Shown piece by piece: positions 39,281-53,992 of a stretch of DNA of 64,000 bases. The position numbers and the translations under genes are program-made. The notes under the pieces are model-generated. The model searched no databases. It saw nothing but the letters and a program-made list of their open reading frames with translations, and was not told the origin of the DNA. The DNA comes from Octopus vulgaris. Lineage: Eukaryota. Every line of letters begins with the position of its first letter. The first letter of the stretch is position 1. Location: contig OX597825.1 of the NCBI GenBank assembly GCA_951406725.2, positions 87,544,001 through 87,608,000 of the forward strand, read 5' to 3'.

Positions 39281-41591
39281 TAATTATTCTAAAAAGAAGG
39301 CACCAACAAATCAGTTGTAGAACGCAAGAAGTATTGTCTTTTGTAACATTTACAACTTCGGTCTTGAAATTTTATCAATGTTACGCTAGCTTTAATTAAG
39401 TTATGCCATCCGGTTGTACATTTTTGGCGAGTGTCGCCTGATTCAGTTAGCAGGCGAGATATTTGCAGCCTCAGCAGAACGAATAGCAGCACCAGCACGC
39501 GTCACTAACACGTTTGAAAAGAAAGACGTGAGCAGAGAGTGATAAACATCAGCAGAAGTATTAAAGAAAAGGTCAAATTATTGCAGCAACAGCAGCCTGC
39601 AGCGAACAGGATTGCTGCATTAGACAAAAGAAGATTTACAATTTTATGCATGGAGATAAGTATCTCATTTTATAAGCTGATTAACGCGCATTCTTTCAAT
39701 GAAATCAGAAAGAAGGAATTTGACAAAAATAGATATCACTCTCAGTTCCTCATGTTTATGTATTTCCCCATCGCTTTTTTTTTTCGCAGTTTTAAAAAGC
39801 TAAATAATATTTTGAGAAGAGATTTCCTGATACCATCAAATAGTTCAGATATGTTAGTGTGACAGAAAATAAAATTAATCGAATTCTGACGGCAAGTCTA
39901 AAAGTGAAAATTATATAACTGATATAAAGGGGCGGAATATATATGGTCGTAAAACATTTCTTTTGGCCGAGTGGAAACAATAACACGCTGCTGAGTTAGA
40001 TGACATTTTAAGAGGAAATATGCAGAATAGCAAATTATTTTAGCTATCAGAGAAAGTATAAATTTAAATTATTATATGAATATGCGTAATTGTAATCTTG
40101 CTGATATATTTAAAATACATCAATCTAGGAAATAATTTACATACCAGAATTGAATATAATTTTACAGAGAAATAATAGGATGAAAATGATTAGAAATTAT
40201 TCATATTTAGAAAATGTATTATTTTTAATGTTTCTCTTATACTCGTTTTGACTTTGCATTGAAGGCAAACATATGTAATTTTTCATTCATTTAGAATTGC
40301 AGAATATATTTTGAACACATTAATTTTTATTAACAGCGCAATTTTTATTTATTACTATCAATTTAATTTTTTTTCGAATTTTTTAAATTCCGAAATCATA
40401 TTTTAAGTGAAAATAAGCAATTTTGAAATAATGGCTCGAAATTGATTACTTCGGAGGATGGTCGGGATTTGAAACAGCACTAGGATTTTACGGAATAATA
40501 TTAATTTAAGAATTTAGTGGACTCTTGGCGAGGTTGTAGACCATCCCATACACAGTTTCTGTGCATTAATGCAATACTCTGCTTATTGTTGTTTAAACCG
40601 ATTCCTTTGAAACCGAATGTAAATATGTGAAAATAAGTTCCTTCAAACCGGTTCCCACTCTTACCAAAATATAAACTTATAATTAAAGAACATTCATCGT
40701 TCACCGATGATTTCAATATTTACGTTTATCTAAGGATATGGAAATTTAAAATTTTATAATCTCAGCTACATGGTTTTTATATATAATGAAATCAATTTGT
40801 TTTTGATATTATTTATTTTAACTTTCATCGTCCATATTTACACCATTCTAAATGGAATATTGATATTCACTGAAAATACAGAATTGTATTGATTTGGATT
40901 TTTTTCTAAGATTGAAAGAAATGTTATGAGATTTGTGAGCGATTGAAAATGTAGGTTAAACATGCACAGATTTGGAATACATCTTGGAAAAAAAATTAAT
41001 TACTTTAAAAAATTCTAATATAATGCTTTAAACCCTTGGAGCTACATAAAGAGAAAACAATATGAAAATAAACTTTGCTTTCTCTCTTTTAGTTCGATTT
41101 CTACGCTTGATGACATCTTAATCGCACGCAACATCTCGTTTCTTTTCTATATGTTTATATTCAACGTTTGAAATTCTCGTAGACACACTCCCTCCGCTTG
41201 ATTTATTAGATCTTCTCTGTCACTTTTACATTCTTGTGGCCTAGAAATTCCATAAGGATGCAACAAGATGGACTTTACACATGCATAGCAACACATGCAC
41301 GCACATCTCACTCAACACATATATTGTTCTGTGATTTCTTCGATTTACTTTTTGAAATATAATTAAGGTGAATCTTTAAAAAGAAATACCTTCTTCCATT
41401 CGTGCTCCGTTATTTACCTTCCCCACCAATATTCTCAAAAGTTGTTCACCTTGAAATGTCTTTATTTTTTTAATGCAGCACCGGAGTTTTCACGCATCAG
41501 CTGAATAAAACTGTCATAATTTGTCTTCAATGATGCCTTCTAACTTCAATTCTTTCGTTGCTAAGCATGATCATTCAATTTTTTACTATCG

Positions 41592-42006
41592 ACGTGAGAA
41601 CTGGCAGAAACGTTAGCGTACCGGGCGAAATGCGTAGCCGTATTTCGTCTGCCGTTACGTTCTGAGTTCAAATTCTACCGAGGTCAACTTTACCTTTCAT
41701 CCTTTCGGAGTCGATTAAATAAGTACTAGTTGCGCACTGGGGTCGATGTAATCGACTTAATCCGTTTGTCTGTCCTTGTTTGTCCCCTCTGTGTTTAACC
41801 CCTTGTGGGTAGTAAAGAAATAGGTATTTCGTCTGCCGTTACGTACTGAGTTCAAATTCCACCGAGGTCGACTTTGCTTTTCCTCTTTTAGGGGCTGATT
41901 AAATAAGTACCAGTTATGCACTGGGGTCGATGTAATCGAATTAAAACCTTTGTCTGTTCCTGTTTGTCCCCTCTTTGTTTATCCTCCTGTGTGCTATAAA
42001 GAAATA
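41592..42006 (+). mobile_element. SINE family A, tandem dimer (core plus tail 1, twice)
   Basis: Unit 41592-41823 followed by headless unit 41824-42006. Confidence 0.9.
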
Positions 42007-43246
42007 CATATATATAATATCATCTATCAAATATGGTTTCTTTAGAGTTATATTTTTCGAGCTCCACCATATACTCAGTAGAAGAATTCCAAACCTTTTT
42101 GTAAAACTAGTTCTCTACATGCTAACCTATTTTTTCGAATAGTTTTAGCTGATCAGTTTCTCATTCTAAGTTAGATACCAATTACACTAAAGGCGTTGAG
42201 AACTATTTTTTGTTCACTTGTCCTGGTCACAGTCACACTTCTGAAACGTTACATCAAACAAGGCATGTCAGCCACCTCATCTATACTCTATTCCTTAACA
42301 ATTTACATCTTGCACTAGAATTCACTCTAACCATCTTAGATACTAACCAAATTTCGTGATATTCCTGTTGCAGTCGTCACTATTCACTATCTATATCAAT
42401 ATTCTATGCGTCCAAAGTTTGTTCGGACTTCTCCCTCGAAGTCCATTCTTTTGTTATCACATATCCATTGGTCTCTAACATAGTAAAAACTCTGGTTAAA
42501 ACTTCAAAACTTGCTTAAAGGGCCAAACTTCTGTTGAATTGTTAATATTGTTAAACATTTCTAAAGTCTAGTTATTCATTGATTTCACGTCTTTGTGGCA
42601 GTAGATCCGATATTCTATAAAATTTAATACATTCCACTGGATTTTATTGTTCAGGCTTGAAATAGCTGGTGCTGTTTTAGTACCTCCTCTCCTTTCAATC
42701 CACGTCACTTACGGAGGAAAAGTTGTCATTTTGATCGCGCTCGGTCAGGGCATTGAAAACTCACTCCTCAGATGCTTTTTTGTATTCCGTTGTCACTCAC
42801 AGTAATCCTCACAAAAACAACGCAAATCTTTTTCACATCAATGTCAGCTTTAACCGTATTTATTTGGGACTGCGACTCAGCTTTGTTGAAGAATCTTAAC
42901 ACAAAATTATGTGAAGTTAACATCTTCGATTCAGCTTCTAAGATGTAACACCAGCACGGTTTTTCACTAACCATCAAATCATAAATAAATTAGAACAATA
43001 ACCGTAAATTACATAAATAAGGATTGTAAACATTTTAGGATTAGAATTGTAAATAGTTTGGTGTGATTAGGGCAGTTGTCGGGGTGTGTCTACAGAGTTT
43101 AAATGAAATTTTCAACAAGAAGAGTAGGGAAAAATCGTCGGAATCTCCATCGATAGACACATTTTGAAATCCACTTCTAGTTGACTTTTGAAAGGCATCG
43201 ATGTCAACAGATCACATATAATTATAGATTCTAATATACAAAGTGA

Positions 43247-43285
<39 letters not shown>

Positions 43286-44589
43286 CATATATGTCTTGTA
43301 CGTGAAAGAAGTGAGCAAAAACGTAATATGGACAGGCAGGCATACAAATATTATGATATACATTTAAAGGATATATGATAATACACATAAACATATATAA
43401 TTGTTACTCAACATATAGTTTTTATGTTTCACATAATATTTGTCAGAAATTATATAATATTAAAAGGCAAGATATTTCTAATATGGTAATTTTTGCTGCT
43501 TAATAATAACGTCCTTTTGTACAACATCGAACTCTTTAATATCCTATTCAGAATGCTAATAAATTTCCTCTTCTTCACTCGTATATTACTTGCTATTCAA
43601 AGAACTGAAACGGGGGAGATTCTAAAAAGTGATCTGCTCACTTTGATTAAAAGTTGTTGAAATGTGAATATTATTATTAGTATTCTGAAAAGAAATGTAT
43701 GATAAAAGAAAGATGATAAAAGCTAGAAATATGATAAAACCTATATCAAAGATAATAAAAGTTGGGTCGAATTTTGAGACAAATAAGATTTATACACAAG
43801 TGAATTTATGAAGACATCAAATATTTTACACCGAATCTACAAAAAAGTTACACAACCCCCCCCCCCCCCATATTTATACATAGTAATTTAGTCGCTTCAT
43901 ATATTTACCTCTTATATTTATAACTTCAACTTTACGGTGCCTTTGTTCATTGAAATACTAATTAAATTTAGTCATTAAACTAGGTTTAATTTGCTACAAT
44001 TGTTTCTACAATCAATATTCATATTTATATACGGCATACTCATTCATGAATTCCATTCATTAAAATCTATTCAGCTTTTATAAATGCTATCCATAACTCA
44101 CGCAAGTTGCATTGCTCGAAGGTGCTGAATTATGAATATTCCTCGATAAGCATGATGTAAGCTCGATTACATGCCAGCATGTCAAATGGGAACGTGTGTT
44201 TACAACAAATTTCATTTCAGTTAAGTTTGCAATTTAATCCAAAACTACTTCGCAAAGAAATATCAGTCATATTAAACTGTATAGAACTTTATCAGTGTAT
44301 TTGTAGTGAGCATGTGAAACTTGGTGTCGCTTTCGATGTGCTAGTTAACAGCTGGATATATTTGATCACTATCTGTTGCCTTACCAAATGTAAGAGGTAC
44401 TTGATTTGCATTTAGTGGGAAGATATTCGAAAAGGGGACGAGAGAAAATATTAATTGAAAATAACATCCCAGTGAGATTGGGAAACGATAAGGTGAGATA
44501 TATCGCTCAGATTTATACTTCACGGTGTATGCATTACTCGCAATATAGTTGGTTAAAGTCATATCCTCTCCATTATATGGTATCGAAAC

Positions 44590-45140
44590 CAAGTCTATGA
44601 GTGTCATCTTTCTGTTCTTTCTGCGCAGTTGTCAGCAGGAGAGGGACAAACTTGGCAGAGACACGCCACATGTTCGATTCACACGTTAGGATTGCCTACA
44701 TGGACCCACATACGACAGACCAACAATATCAGAAATGTCGTGGATTGTCTTCCAACGATCCTCATGCTCAAGCTGATGCAATTTCTCCACATTTCCGGCG
44801 ATTCTGCTTATGGAGCCCTCGAAATATTGCGTACGGCCCATTGCCTCGTCGCCGTAAGCTTGCAGAAGCATGCACAATGTCTCTGTAGCGGACTCCCCAA
44901 ACTTAACACAAAAGTTCACGTTGGCTCTGTGTTCCATATTCCAGTCCATGACAAAAATCACAGACTACAGCATACACACGATCACAAAAATACAAATTTG
45001 ACAACTTGCAACGTAAATACAATGATGTCACTCAGCACACTGTCTCATGAAGGTCACAGTCAGCTCTTACTGCGCACGCGACCCTGTGCTGCGATCTGTT
45101 GATGCGTTAAAGAACTAGTGTAGGAACTTTCGAGATGAAC
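44590..45140 (-). mobile_element. Mariner transposase 5' fragment (N-terminal HTH)
   Basis: MEHRANVNFCVKFGESATETLCMLLQAYGDEAMGRTQYFE..EDRWKTIHDISDIVGLSY, followed by CRVSAKFVP. Confidence 0.85.
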
Positions 45141-45214
45141 CGTTTAAGATGACCAATCTGTGATTCGGTGCCGCAAGTATTTAGACCAATCTCGTCGATA
45201 ATAGCATGCTTCCC

Positions 45215-45632
45215 TGAGAAACTAAGAATTTGCTTACCAACTACATCGAGCCGACATTACATGACTGCAGGTTCGATTTTACTGCGTGACATCTTGCGGA
45301 TGTGCCCTTCACCACAGCCTCGAACCTTGTGATTGAATTTGGTCAGCTGGAATCAGAGAGAAGTCCATCGTTTATAAACACACACTCACGTGTGTGTTTA
45401 TATGTGTGTATGTATGTATCTATATGCTTATGTGTGTGTCTTTGTGTTCGTGTATATTCGTCATCACACTTGGCAACCGGTGCCGGTAGCTTTACGGTTC
45501 GGCAAAAGAGACCGATGAAGTAAGTAGCAGGTAAGAAAAATTTACTGGAGTCGATTGTTACTTTAAAAATTTTTACAAGGCAGTGCTCCAGCATGGCCAT
45601 TGTTTAATGCCTAAAATAAGCAAAAGATGAAA
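45215..45632 (+). mobile_element. SINE family B, old copy
   Basis: TTGCTTACCAAC..GGTTCGATT..AAGGCAGTGCTCCAGCATGGCC. Confidence 0.7.
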
Positions 45633-46528
45633 GTTAGAATTTATGTAGACGCAAAAGCTTTTCCGCTTCCTACCCGTATCCACTAACATTTCACCAATCG
45701 GGTACAATCTGACGCTTTCTGTCCGTCACCCATCGTCGTTATTTAGGCCCAGACTCGCACCTTCCTCCATGCATCACTTCATCCGCGAGCCACCTCTTTC
45801 ACATCTATTTTAGCAGCAATGACTTCAGGTTTTCTGCCTTCAAACCCGTGTTTTTCTGTTTCAACCTGGAACTTGCTGCTGCCTCTTCCCAGATTCTTCA
45901 ACTACAAACCAACAATTGATTCTCCGATTTCCTCTGCTGGGGACGCATAACTTTAAAAAGGGTCATCGCTTCTGATTTCATTGCATACAACTCCTGTTTC
46001 TCGCACTCCTTTATTACCGTTGCTGTTTCTGCACGAAATATGTCTTCCCTGCAATTCTGAAAGCCATCAGAAATCGACACCAATGACACAAGAAGCAGTC
46101 AACAATCACAGACACCCAGCTTTGTTTATTTATGAGTGGTTTCTCGACGCTAAAGCCATTCTGTGAAAGCAATACACACAAACACTCACTCACACACACA
46201 CACACATTAATAAATATATACTTGTATATAAATATATCCTGTCGTGTATATGTGTGTGAATGATGTATTCCTCGGTGTCAGAGTCTGTACTTAAGTCGAC
46301 CGCTGTCAACATAAAAGGGGAAGTAATTAAACAGTAATGGTTGATAATTTTGTTTAAATATCGACAGTAAATATTAGCAATAACATCGAAAATCTGTCAA
46401 ATGCTCAAATTATTATTTACAGCATGACACCGTCATAGAGTTGACAGAATACATTAATAGTTTTATGTTTATACCACGCTAATATAATATAATAGGATAT
46501 TCCTGTGATTATTATTTATTCGTAAATG

Positions 46529-46813
46529 AAGGCACTGAGCTGGCAGAATCGCTAATATACCAGGAGAAATGCTTAGCGGTATTTCTGCCTGGCGGCGAGC
46601 TGGGCGAAATGCGTAGCTGTATTTCGTCTGCCGCTGCGTTTTGAGTTCAAATTCCGCCGAGGTCGACTTTGCCTTTCACCCTTTCGGGGTCGATTAAATA
46701 AGTACCAGTTACGCACTGGGGTCGATATAATTGACTTAATCCGAATGTCTGTCCTTGTTTGTCCCTTCTGTGTTTAGCCCCTTGAGGGTAGTAAAGAAAT
46801 AGGTATTTTGTCT
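46529..46813 (+). mobile_element. SINE family A (partial head followed by a second copy, tail 1)
   Basis: Two heads (46529, 46591); core and tail match other copies. Confidence 0.85.
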
Positions 46814-47245
46814 GACTGTTATTGAAAATTTATTGTTGGAGTGTCTTCGTGAGTTTCTGTTAATTGTTATATCTCTTGTTGTGCCTATTGTTGCACTTAT
46901 CATGGAAAAAAGAATTGTAGTATAGTTTTCTTTCGAAAGCTATCTGTGGTTTTCCCCTGTGGGGGAAAATATTAATTGCCGGCAAGATGCCGAAAAGTTC
47001 GTCTTCTTCGTCGGGGGACGAATCATCGATTGTGCGAGAAGCAAAGAAAATAGAAAGCAAAAGTTTGAAAACGTTTCTGATGTGTCGGAAAGCAATTTTC
47101 CGGCATTACCAAGAGTTACGAAAACCAAAAGAAAGACAGAAGAAAGACCATCCAAAATTAAGAAAAGAAAAGTTTTGCGTCAGTGGCTGATGGTGGAATG
47201 CGACAGCTGTCAACTGACATAAAAGAATAATTAAAATATAAAGAT

Positions 47246-48282
47246 ATGATAACAGAACGAGATGGAATAGTAAAAGTGGAAATACCAGAAGAAGAATTAA
47301 CGCAGGAAAAAAAGAAAATCATTATTTTTAAGACATTCTGTTTAAAAGCTCGAAAAATTGATAAGATATGTGAGCAAAAAATTGGAAAATGTCTAAAGCC
47401 CATCTGGCAGGACATTAGATATCTAGCCAGAGGGAAGAAGTTTGAAACTATCGTTGTGAGGTTCAAGAATGTAGAAACGGCACAAAAACTCTCTATAAAA
47501 TCTTTAGAATCGGAAGACACAAAGTTAATCCCAATTTACATGGGAATGAGAATATCAAAAGTGAGAATACCAAGAATTCCGCCCGGAGTAAACCCTATGT
47601 GCTTGATGGCGGCAGTCCTGGCAAACAAGGAAGATAATATTAACCTCCTGCAGGCTATCGTCACAGAAAATACTTACTGGACTGGTCAAACGCTTAACCT
47701 TATACTGCAGGTTGACCAAAAAATTTTAGAACAGCTCTCAGAAATCGTGGAAGTAGGGGAGGAAGTTATAAATATTTTTGTTGAGGGGCGTAAGCCCCGA
47801 TGTTTCCAGTGTGGCCAACTGGGTCACATTAAAACATATTGTAAAGAAGGTATAGAAGAATCAGACGCGTGGAGGGAGAAAGAGAGAAACAGAAGGAAAA
47901 AATAAACAACAAAAGGAAAATAGAAGACTCGAACCAGCAAAAGCAGAGCGAGTCGAGACCAAAACAAAAAACAGCTAAGAGAGACAGACCGAGGAAGGCG
48001 GAGGGGGTAACGATCAGAGGAATAGCGGCACTACACAGCAAAAACGATTTCATGCGGGAAATAAAAACCAAAAAGTCAGCAACTCGATTAATTGAACTGT
48101 CAGAGAAATATAAAAATTATGAACTGGACGAAAAAACATATAAAATGTTTTCTAGCACATATAGAAAATCGGTCTTAACATGGAGACTTGATTTTCACCA
48201 GTCTATGTTTGAAGGCTTGCCATCTCCGACCCTAAGTCAAGAAAAGGTGGAGAATCCCTCTCTACAAGACGCCCCGATCTAA
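47246..48282 (+). pseudogene. LINE ORF1 (gag-like, CCHC knuckle), frameshifted near 47.9 kb
   Basis: VEGRKPRCFQCGQLGHIKTYC (CX2CX4HX4C) followed by a Lys/Glu-rich segment in an overlapping frame (47869-48282). Confidence 0.8.
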
Positions 48283-48292
48283 AAGGTAAGTA

Positions 48293-49250
48293 ATGTCTAT
48301 TCACATTGGTTGTATAAATGTTCGTGGCCTGATATCGAGTTGGAAGCAAGGGCGCTTCCTAAATGACATCAGGTCGACAAATTTGGATGTAATTGTTGCA
48401 AAGGAAACCCAGGTGAAGGGGCCTAGAGATCTTCTCCCCCTCCTGAGCGGCTACAGAAATACGTTTCTGCGAGTCTGACGGGAGGTGGTCCTATTAAAAA
48501 GAAACCGGGTAGCCGAGAAAAAGTTGTTTTTTTCTAACCCAGAAGGCAGGTTGGTCGTTCTTGACCTGACATTCAAGTTGCGGCAAGCCAATCAGGCTAG
48601 TCGCTAGTCATGCACCCAACATTATGGGCCTGCAAAATGAATATTTTCGTGACATGGGCAAGTTCCTAGCCACGTCGCATTCGCTAGTATTGTTAGGAGA
48701 CTTTAACACGATATGTGAAGCACACACAGATTGTGTTGGCTCAAAAATGAAGAGAAAATGTAACACAGGCTTACGAGATCTGCTAAGTCAATTTCAGCGA
48801 GCAGTGGACGTAGTCAAATAGTGACGAGTCTTCTAGAACATATCTAGAGAGGATTTTAATTGAAGAAAGTCCATACTCGAGTGTTCACAGTTTTTTCTAG
48901 TCAGCTTCAGTGACCACAAGATGGTTACCTGTAAACTGACGGTAGATAAGTTGCATAGTTAGGGATCTGGCTACTGGAAACTCAATGCGTTCCTTTTGGC
49001 GATTGAGGAATAAAGAAAGCGGATTGAGATGTTAATACAGAAGGCATTAACAGGTACCATCATTAATAACAAATGGTGGTACGCCCTAAAAAGAGCCATC
49101 AAATATTAGTCTATCAGGTTTAGCATAAGTTTAGCTAAGAAGGGACGAAGAATAGATGGTCTAGTTAAGGAACGAGAAGAAGCCTGGAGGACTGGTAATG
49201 CGGACCAAGCGAGGGCGAAAAGACTGGAGTTAAACCAGCATCTTGTTGTC
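48293..49250 (+). pseudogene. LINE ORF2 apurinic-type endonuclease domain with multiple frameshifts and stops
   Basis: NVRGL, ET, GDFN, SDH and WKLN motifs in the expected order. Confidence 0.8.
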
Positions 49251-49419
49251 AAACAGGATGCTTATCCTGTTTGACAAAAATCCTTCATCCCAATTGAAGA
49301 GCATAACATCCACAGAGTTGTCTCCACTTACTCACAGGAACTGGATAACTCCTACCCCATTTCCTGTTTTGACACTCTTTTACCAAACACTTTAAATTAA
49401 GTACCACTTTTAATAAAAT

Positions 49420-49590
49420 TAAGTCAATTATATCGATCCCAGTGTGTGACTGGTACTTAATTTATCGAACCCCGAAAGGATGAAAGGCAAAGTCGACCTC
49501 GGCGGAATTTGAACTCAGATCGCAGCAGCGGACGAAATACCACAAACTATTTCGCCCGGCGTGCTAACGTTTCTGCCAGCTCGCCGCCTT
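49420..49590 (-). mobile_element. SINE family A, tail missing
   Basis: ..GTTTCTGCCAGCTCGCCGCCTT head and CCGAAAGGATGAAAGGCAAAGTCGACC core. Confidence 0.88.
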
Positions 49591-50559
49591 CGACTGATCT
49601 CTTATTGGGAGTCTCATGGAGTCCTTTAAAGAGATTATTATCTATTAGTTGCAGTATTTGAGCATAAAACAAAACTCTTATCATTCGATAGTTTAGCAGT
49701 CGTAACATAGAAATGGCCAATCCTCCACCTTAGAATTGTATATGTATGTCAAAGAAATCGATATCGGAAAATTGTGAATATTGTAAAACTAATACAGAGA
49801 AAAACAAAAGTGCGTTAAATGCTATTCATAGACATTTTTTATGTTTCAAAAATGTAAGTTTATAAAAGATTCGCAGTGAAAAAGGAAACGAATAACAAAT
49901 AAATATTTAACATAATAAAGATTGATAAATTCACACATGAAATGCGTGATGTGCATTTCACTATAATTCACTTGAATTTGTTTTTTTGAGACTGCTGCAT
50001 TAAAAAGGATAAACTTTTCTTTGATTCCAGAATATGTTTTAAACGATGCGATATTTCGTCTTGTATAGATTTCTTCAAAGGTTTCTTGGAAAACAATAGA
50101 AATAATGCCATATTGTATATGTACAGAGAAATACTGATCAAATACGGAACAATGCAATTATCTTGGTGACTGATTGAATAGATATTCGCACTATCATTTT
50201 TGTCTTCCGTAAATTTAAAGGGAAAAAAATTTTCGCAAAGAATAACCATTTCTGCTGGGGGAGTAAAAAAAAGACATCATTACAGACCCCGTTATTATTT
50301 GCGAGTCTATCTTTAGTCTTTCATCCTGCAGACACTTATTGATACTCTCGTATCGGAAATGTTTAGCGTTATTGCACACAAATTGGTTGCTTGGTTAACA
50401 TTATTAATTCAATGCATTTGTCTCAAAGATTGTCTGTATACATGAATGAACGAATGCATGCATGTATGTAGGTATGTGTATGTATGCATGTATGTATGTA
50501 TATATACATATACATAAATATATACTTTACGTATAACCAGACTTTAAATATGTACGTAT

Positions 50560-50837
<278 letters not shown>

Positions 50838-51759
50838 CATACACATACATACATGTATACATATATGTATACATGTGTGTATATGTGTGCGTGTGGAATG
50901 TCGTGATTGACTTACTGGGAGCGGAGCCAAGTCACTGCCAATCAAGTGAGAGTAAATTCTTAACAGTCAACTAATAGATGAACTGGGTAATGTGCATTAT
51001 GGCTAATTTATATTCACTGATGGTATCTCTAACGTAAGCATACGTTGATATTAACGGATGTGCCTGGATACGTGTGATTATGGACGTAAACCTATCTGGA
51101 AACAATCGCAGGAATGATCAACAGTTTAAAAAGTCTATTTCAGAAATCTATACACTCCATATTTGGTCTCACACATTAATATATCTTCTAATGAAGCATC
51201 TGATTTCAGCAGCTGTTGCCAGTGTAATTGGAAACATATGTCTGCAGTATCTCCATTTATTTAGACGCATCGATTTGACACTTGAACTGAAGGAACAACT
51301 GGAAGCCGCGTCTTCCACAGTTCTGAAGACCCATTTACCTTCTCCCTTATTTATATCTCAACAACAGAAGGAAATCAAATGAAAAAAAAACAACAAATCT
51401 CAAATATGTGAACATGTCTGTTAGCCATTTCAAAATGAAGATCTCAGACAGTTGGTTGATGGAAAACTTGTTGGGCAACATTTGCTTTCTTGACTTTATG
51501 TATTGTTAGATCGATTTATCAATTGCTATGTATCGTTAGCCACGCTAGAAATAGATACATATGAAAACCCAATAACTTCTCAATTAAGTCTCAATTTTTT
51601 TAAAGAAATGTTTTACTCGGTACATTAGAATAAGAACCCCAAGTTCTGTATTATTTATAGATGTTCGTTTGTAAACCCTAAAATAGCACAATACTAACCT
51701 CATGTACAAAAAAACCTTGATTTGTCCTCAGCCGACATTTATTGAGAGCTGAATATGGG

Positions 51760-52025
51760 GATAGACAGACAGTTGGGTGAGAGACAATTGGCCGACAGAC
51801 AACTTACAGGCAGGACGATTGTGTGGTACGATGCAGAGTCTTGTTTCCAGACACAGGGTGTTTCAGCAGCCACCCTCTTGACCCATGGTTGCGCAACCTC
51901 CCCCGGGCACTTGAACCCTCTTGACCCATGGCTGCGCAACCTCCCCCAGGCATTTGATGTAGGCTTACGTGTTGAGTCTGAGGCCACGTGGGAATTGTCT
52001 GTCGGCGAATTGTCTGCACACGGAA
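51760..52025. mobile_element. MITE-like element with subrepeated TIRs and an internal 32-bp direct repeat
   Basis: AGACAATTGGCCGACAGACAA versus TTGTCTGTCGGCGAATTGTCT; CCCTCTTGACCCATGG(T/C)TGCGCAACCTCCCCC at 51873 and 51916. Confidence 0.65.
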
Positions 52026-52419
52026 TATAATACGCCTGTTTGTTCTTTTACTTAAACGCATGATTGAACCCTAAAACGATAACAAATTTCCTCTATTAAA
52101 CCAGCATGAGTCTCTCTACTATAGCTTTTTCTGCCCTCACATACTTTACTTGTATAAACACAATCACTACCCTTGCTTGCCTGCACCGTACTTGCCTCTC
52201 CCGCACATTACTCCAACTAATACAGATTCAATTAAAACAAACGATGTTATGAAGAACTAAAGTAAACCAATGTCTGATGAAACTTCTAAGCTACTATTTC
52301 CTTGTGAAAATTAATAAGTATGCCTTCGCCTACACTAGGTATTGAGTGATCCTTCAGTTTAATGTCAAATTGCATTTATATATAACTTCCCAAAATAACA
52401 ATCATGAATATGTGTGTGT

Positions 52420-52900
52420 GTAGGAACGTGGATTCAATCAAGTGTAACAGCGTCGAGGTGATAACTTGAGGTGTCTGTTCAGTTGTTTTCGTTCTAAAGT
52501 TTACTCGCGCGGCAACAGCTGTGCCAAATTGCATCACTACTTCGGCTTCCTGTCTCCATTGGAAATCATTGATGATCTGCGGTGGACAGACTTCCTCACA
52601 TTGGCAACTGATGTTCGTCTTCCAGAAACCTTGTCTAGATGACAACTGGAAGAGGAACTTTCCGGATGCAAGCATTCACCCTGTGTATACCATGTACCAA
52701 AGGTCATAAATATGATCGCTTCAGCTAAACATAGATCTCTTTTCAATTTTCGAGCGTGCCATATGGGAACGTTTGTACTCGTCTCCATTTTGGCTGAGAA
52801 TTCACGATGCTACACGGATCGTACGGGATTTCGAAATAAATATACAGAACACGGGCGGTAACTTATAAGGGAATCTTAACTGTTGTCTTCCTTGCGTTAT
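52420..52900 (-). mobile_element. Possible heavily decayed Tc1/mariner N-terminal fragment
   Basis: Only a weak motif (DKVSGRRTSVANVRKSV, resembling RSGRP.T..NV); otherwise frame-broken. Confidence 0.3.
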
Positions 52901-53812
52901 GCTTGGGATTTTGCAAGTACCTGCATTCGCTATGAATTAAGTAATCGCTGAATCTTTTTACGTGGGAACACTCGTTTTTGCCTCCGCGAGTCATATGATG
53001 TCATGAATATATACACCGCACACATGACTGTTTAGTAAGAAAATCCAGCATAAATTCTTGGTTTGTCTACATTTGGTTCAATATAAGTTATACAACTCTT
53101 ACAGATGGACTTTTTTCTAATGCGCTTTTGTAGAATGGGGTACCTTTTCCGAAAATAAATTATCAACGGATAGTTTGAAATGCGCCTACTAATGTTATTA
53201 ACTAATTGGCTGATTAATGACAGTGGGTGGTTAGCGTCAATGTGGGTGGTAATTTCTCTTTATATAAACATACATAAAATGTTTTGAAGCAGCTCATATA
53301 ACATATGAATATCAATCTCAACTGCCAATAATTACCAGCAATTGTGAGTTAACACTTTCGACTCTGTTACATTATTAATCGTAAGTGTGAAGTAAGAGTG
53401 AGAAATGGTAGAATGTTGGACTAAAGTGTTTTACTCCTTGTGCATATAGAAAATAACTCAACAATACCAAGGGCAACTTATCTGACAAAATAGCCTGGCA
53501 ATCGAACCTTGATTATACAGAAACCGAAAATAATACGTCCAGAAAATGAAGCATTTAAAAGGATTTTGACATTTAAAGTAATCTATTGACTGAACTGACA
53601 GGTGCCAGAGATCTTTGTTGATAAAGGGCAATAACCTTGAAAGTCGTCCACAGATGTTGTTTTGGGCTAGGTGAAGGTGGTGAATGTCTTGTTCGAAAAT
53701 AGAAGGACACGATGTTTCTTGGGGCTAAAGAACAGTAACAGCCTCCCTTCCAGAACAGCCATATTATGTTGGCAATTAGCTCTTACTTTATACATACATA
53801 TATATATGTATA

Positions 53813-53893
<81 letters not shown>

Positions 53894-53928
53894 CTATATC
53901 TATATAACTATATCTATTTATATATATG

Positions 53929-53992
<64 letters not shown>

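Larger units (their letters stand above)
46815..49260 (+). mobile_element. 5' half of a Tx1/L1-clade LINE (ORF1 plus decayed ORF2 endonuclease), 3' part missing
   Basis: ORF1 with zinc knuckle, then ORF2 start MSIHIGCINVRGL, LDVIVAKET, LLGDFN, SDH, GSGYWKLNA, and TIINNKWW (similar to AIINNKCW at 31.26 kb). Left boundary approximate. Confidence 0.85.

Noticed and set aside
47158-47520. Antisense ORFs over LINE coding regions (also 14093-14586, 31126-31569)
   Set aside because: Shadow frames of the transposon ORFs.
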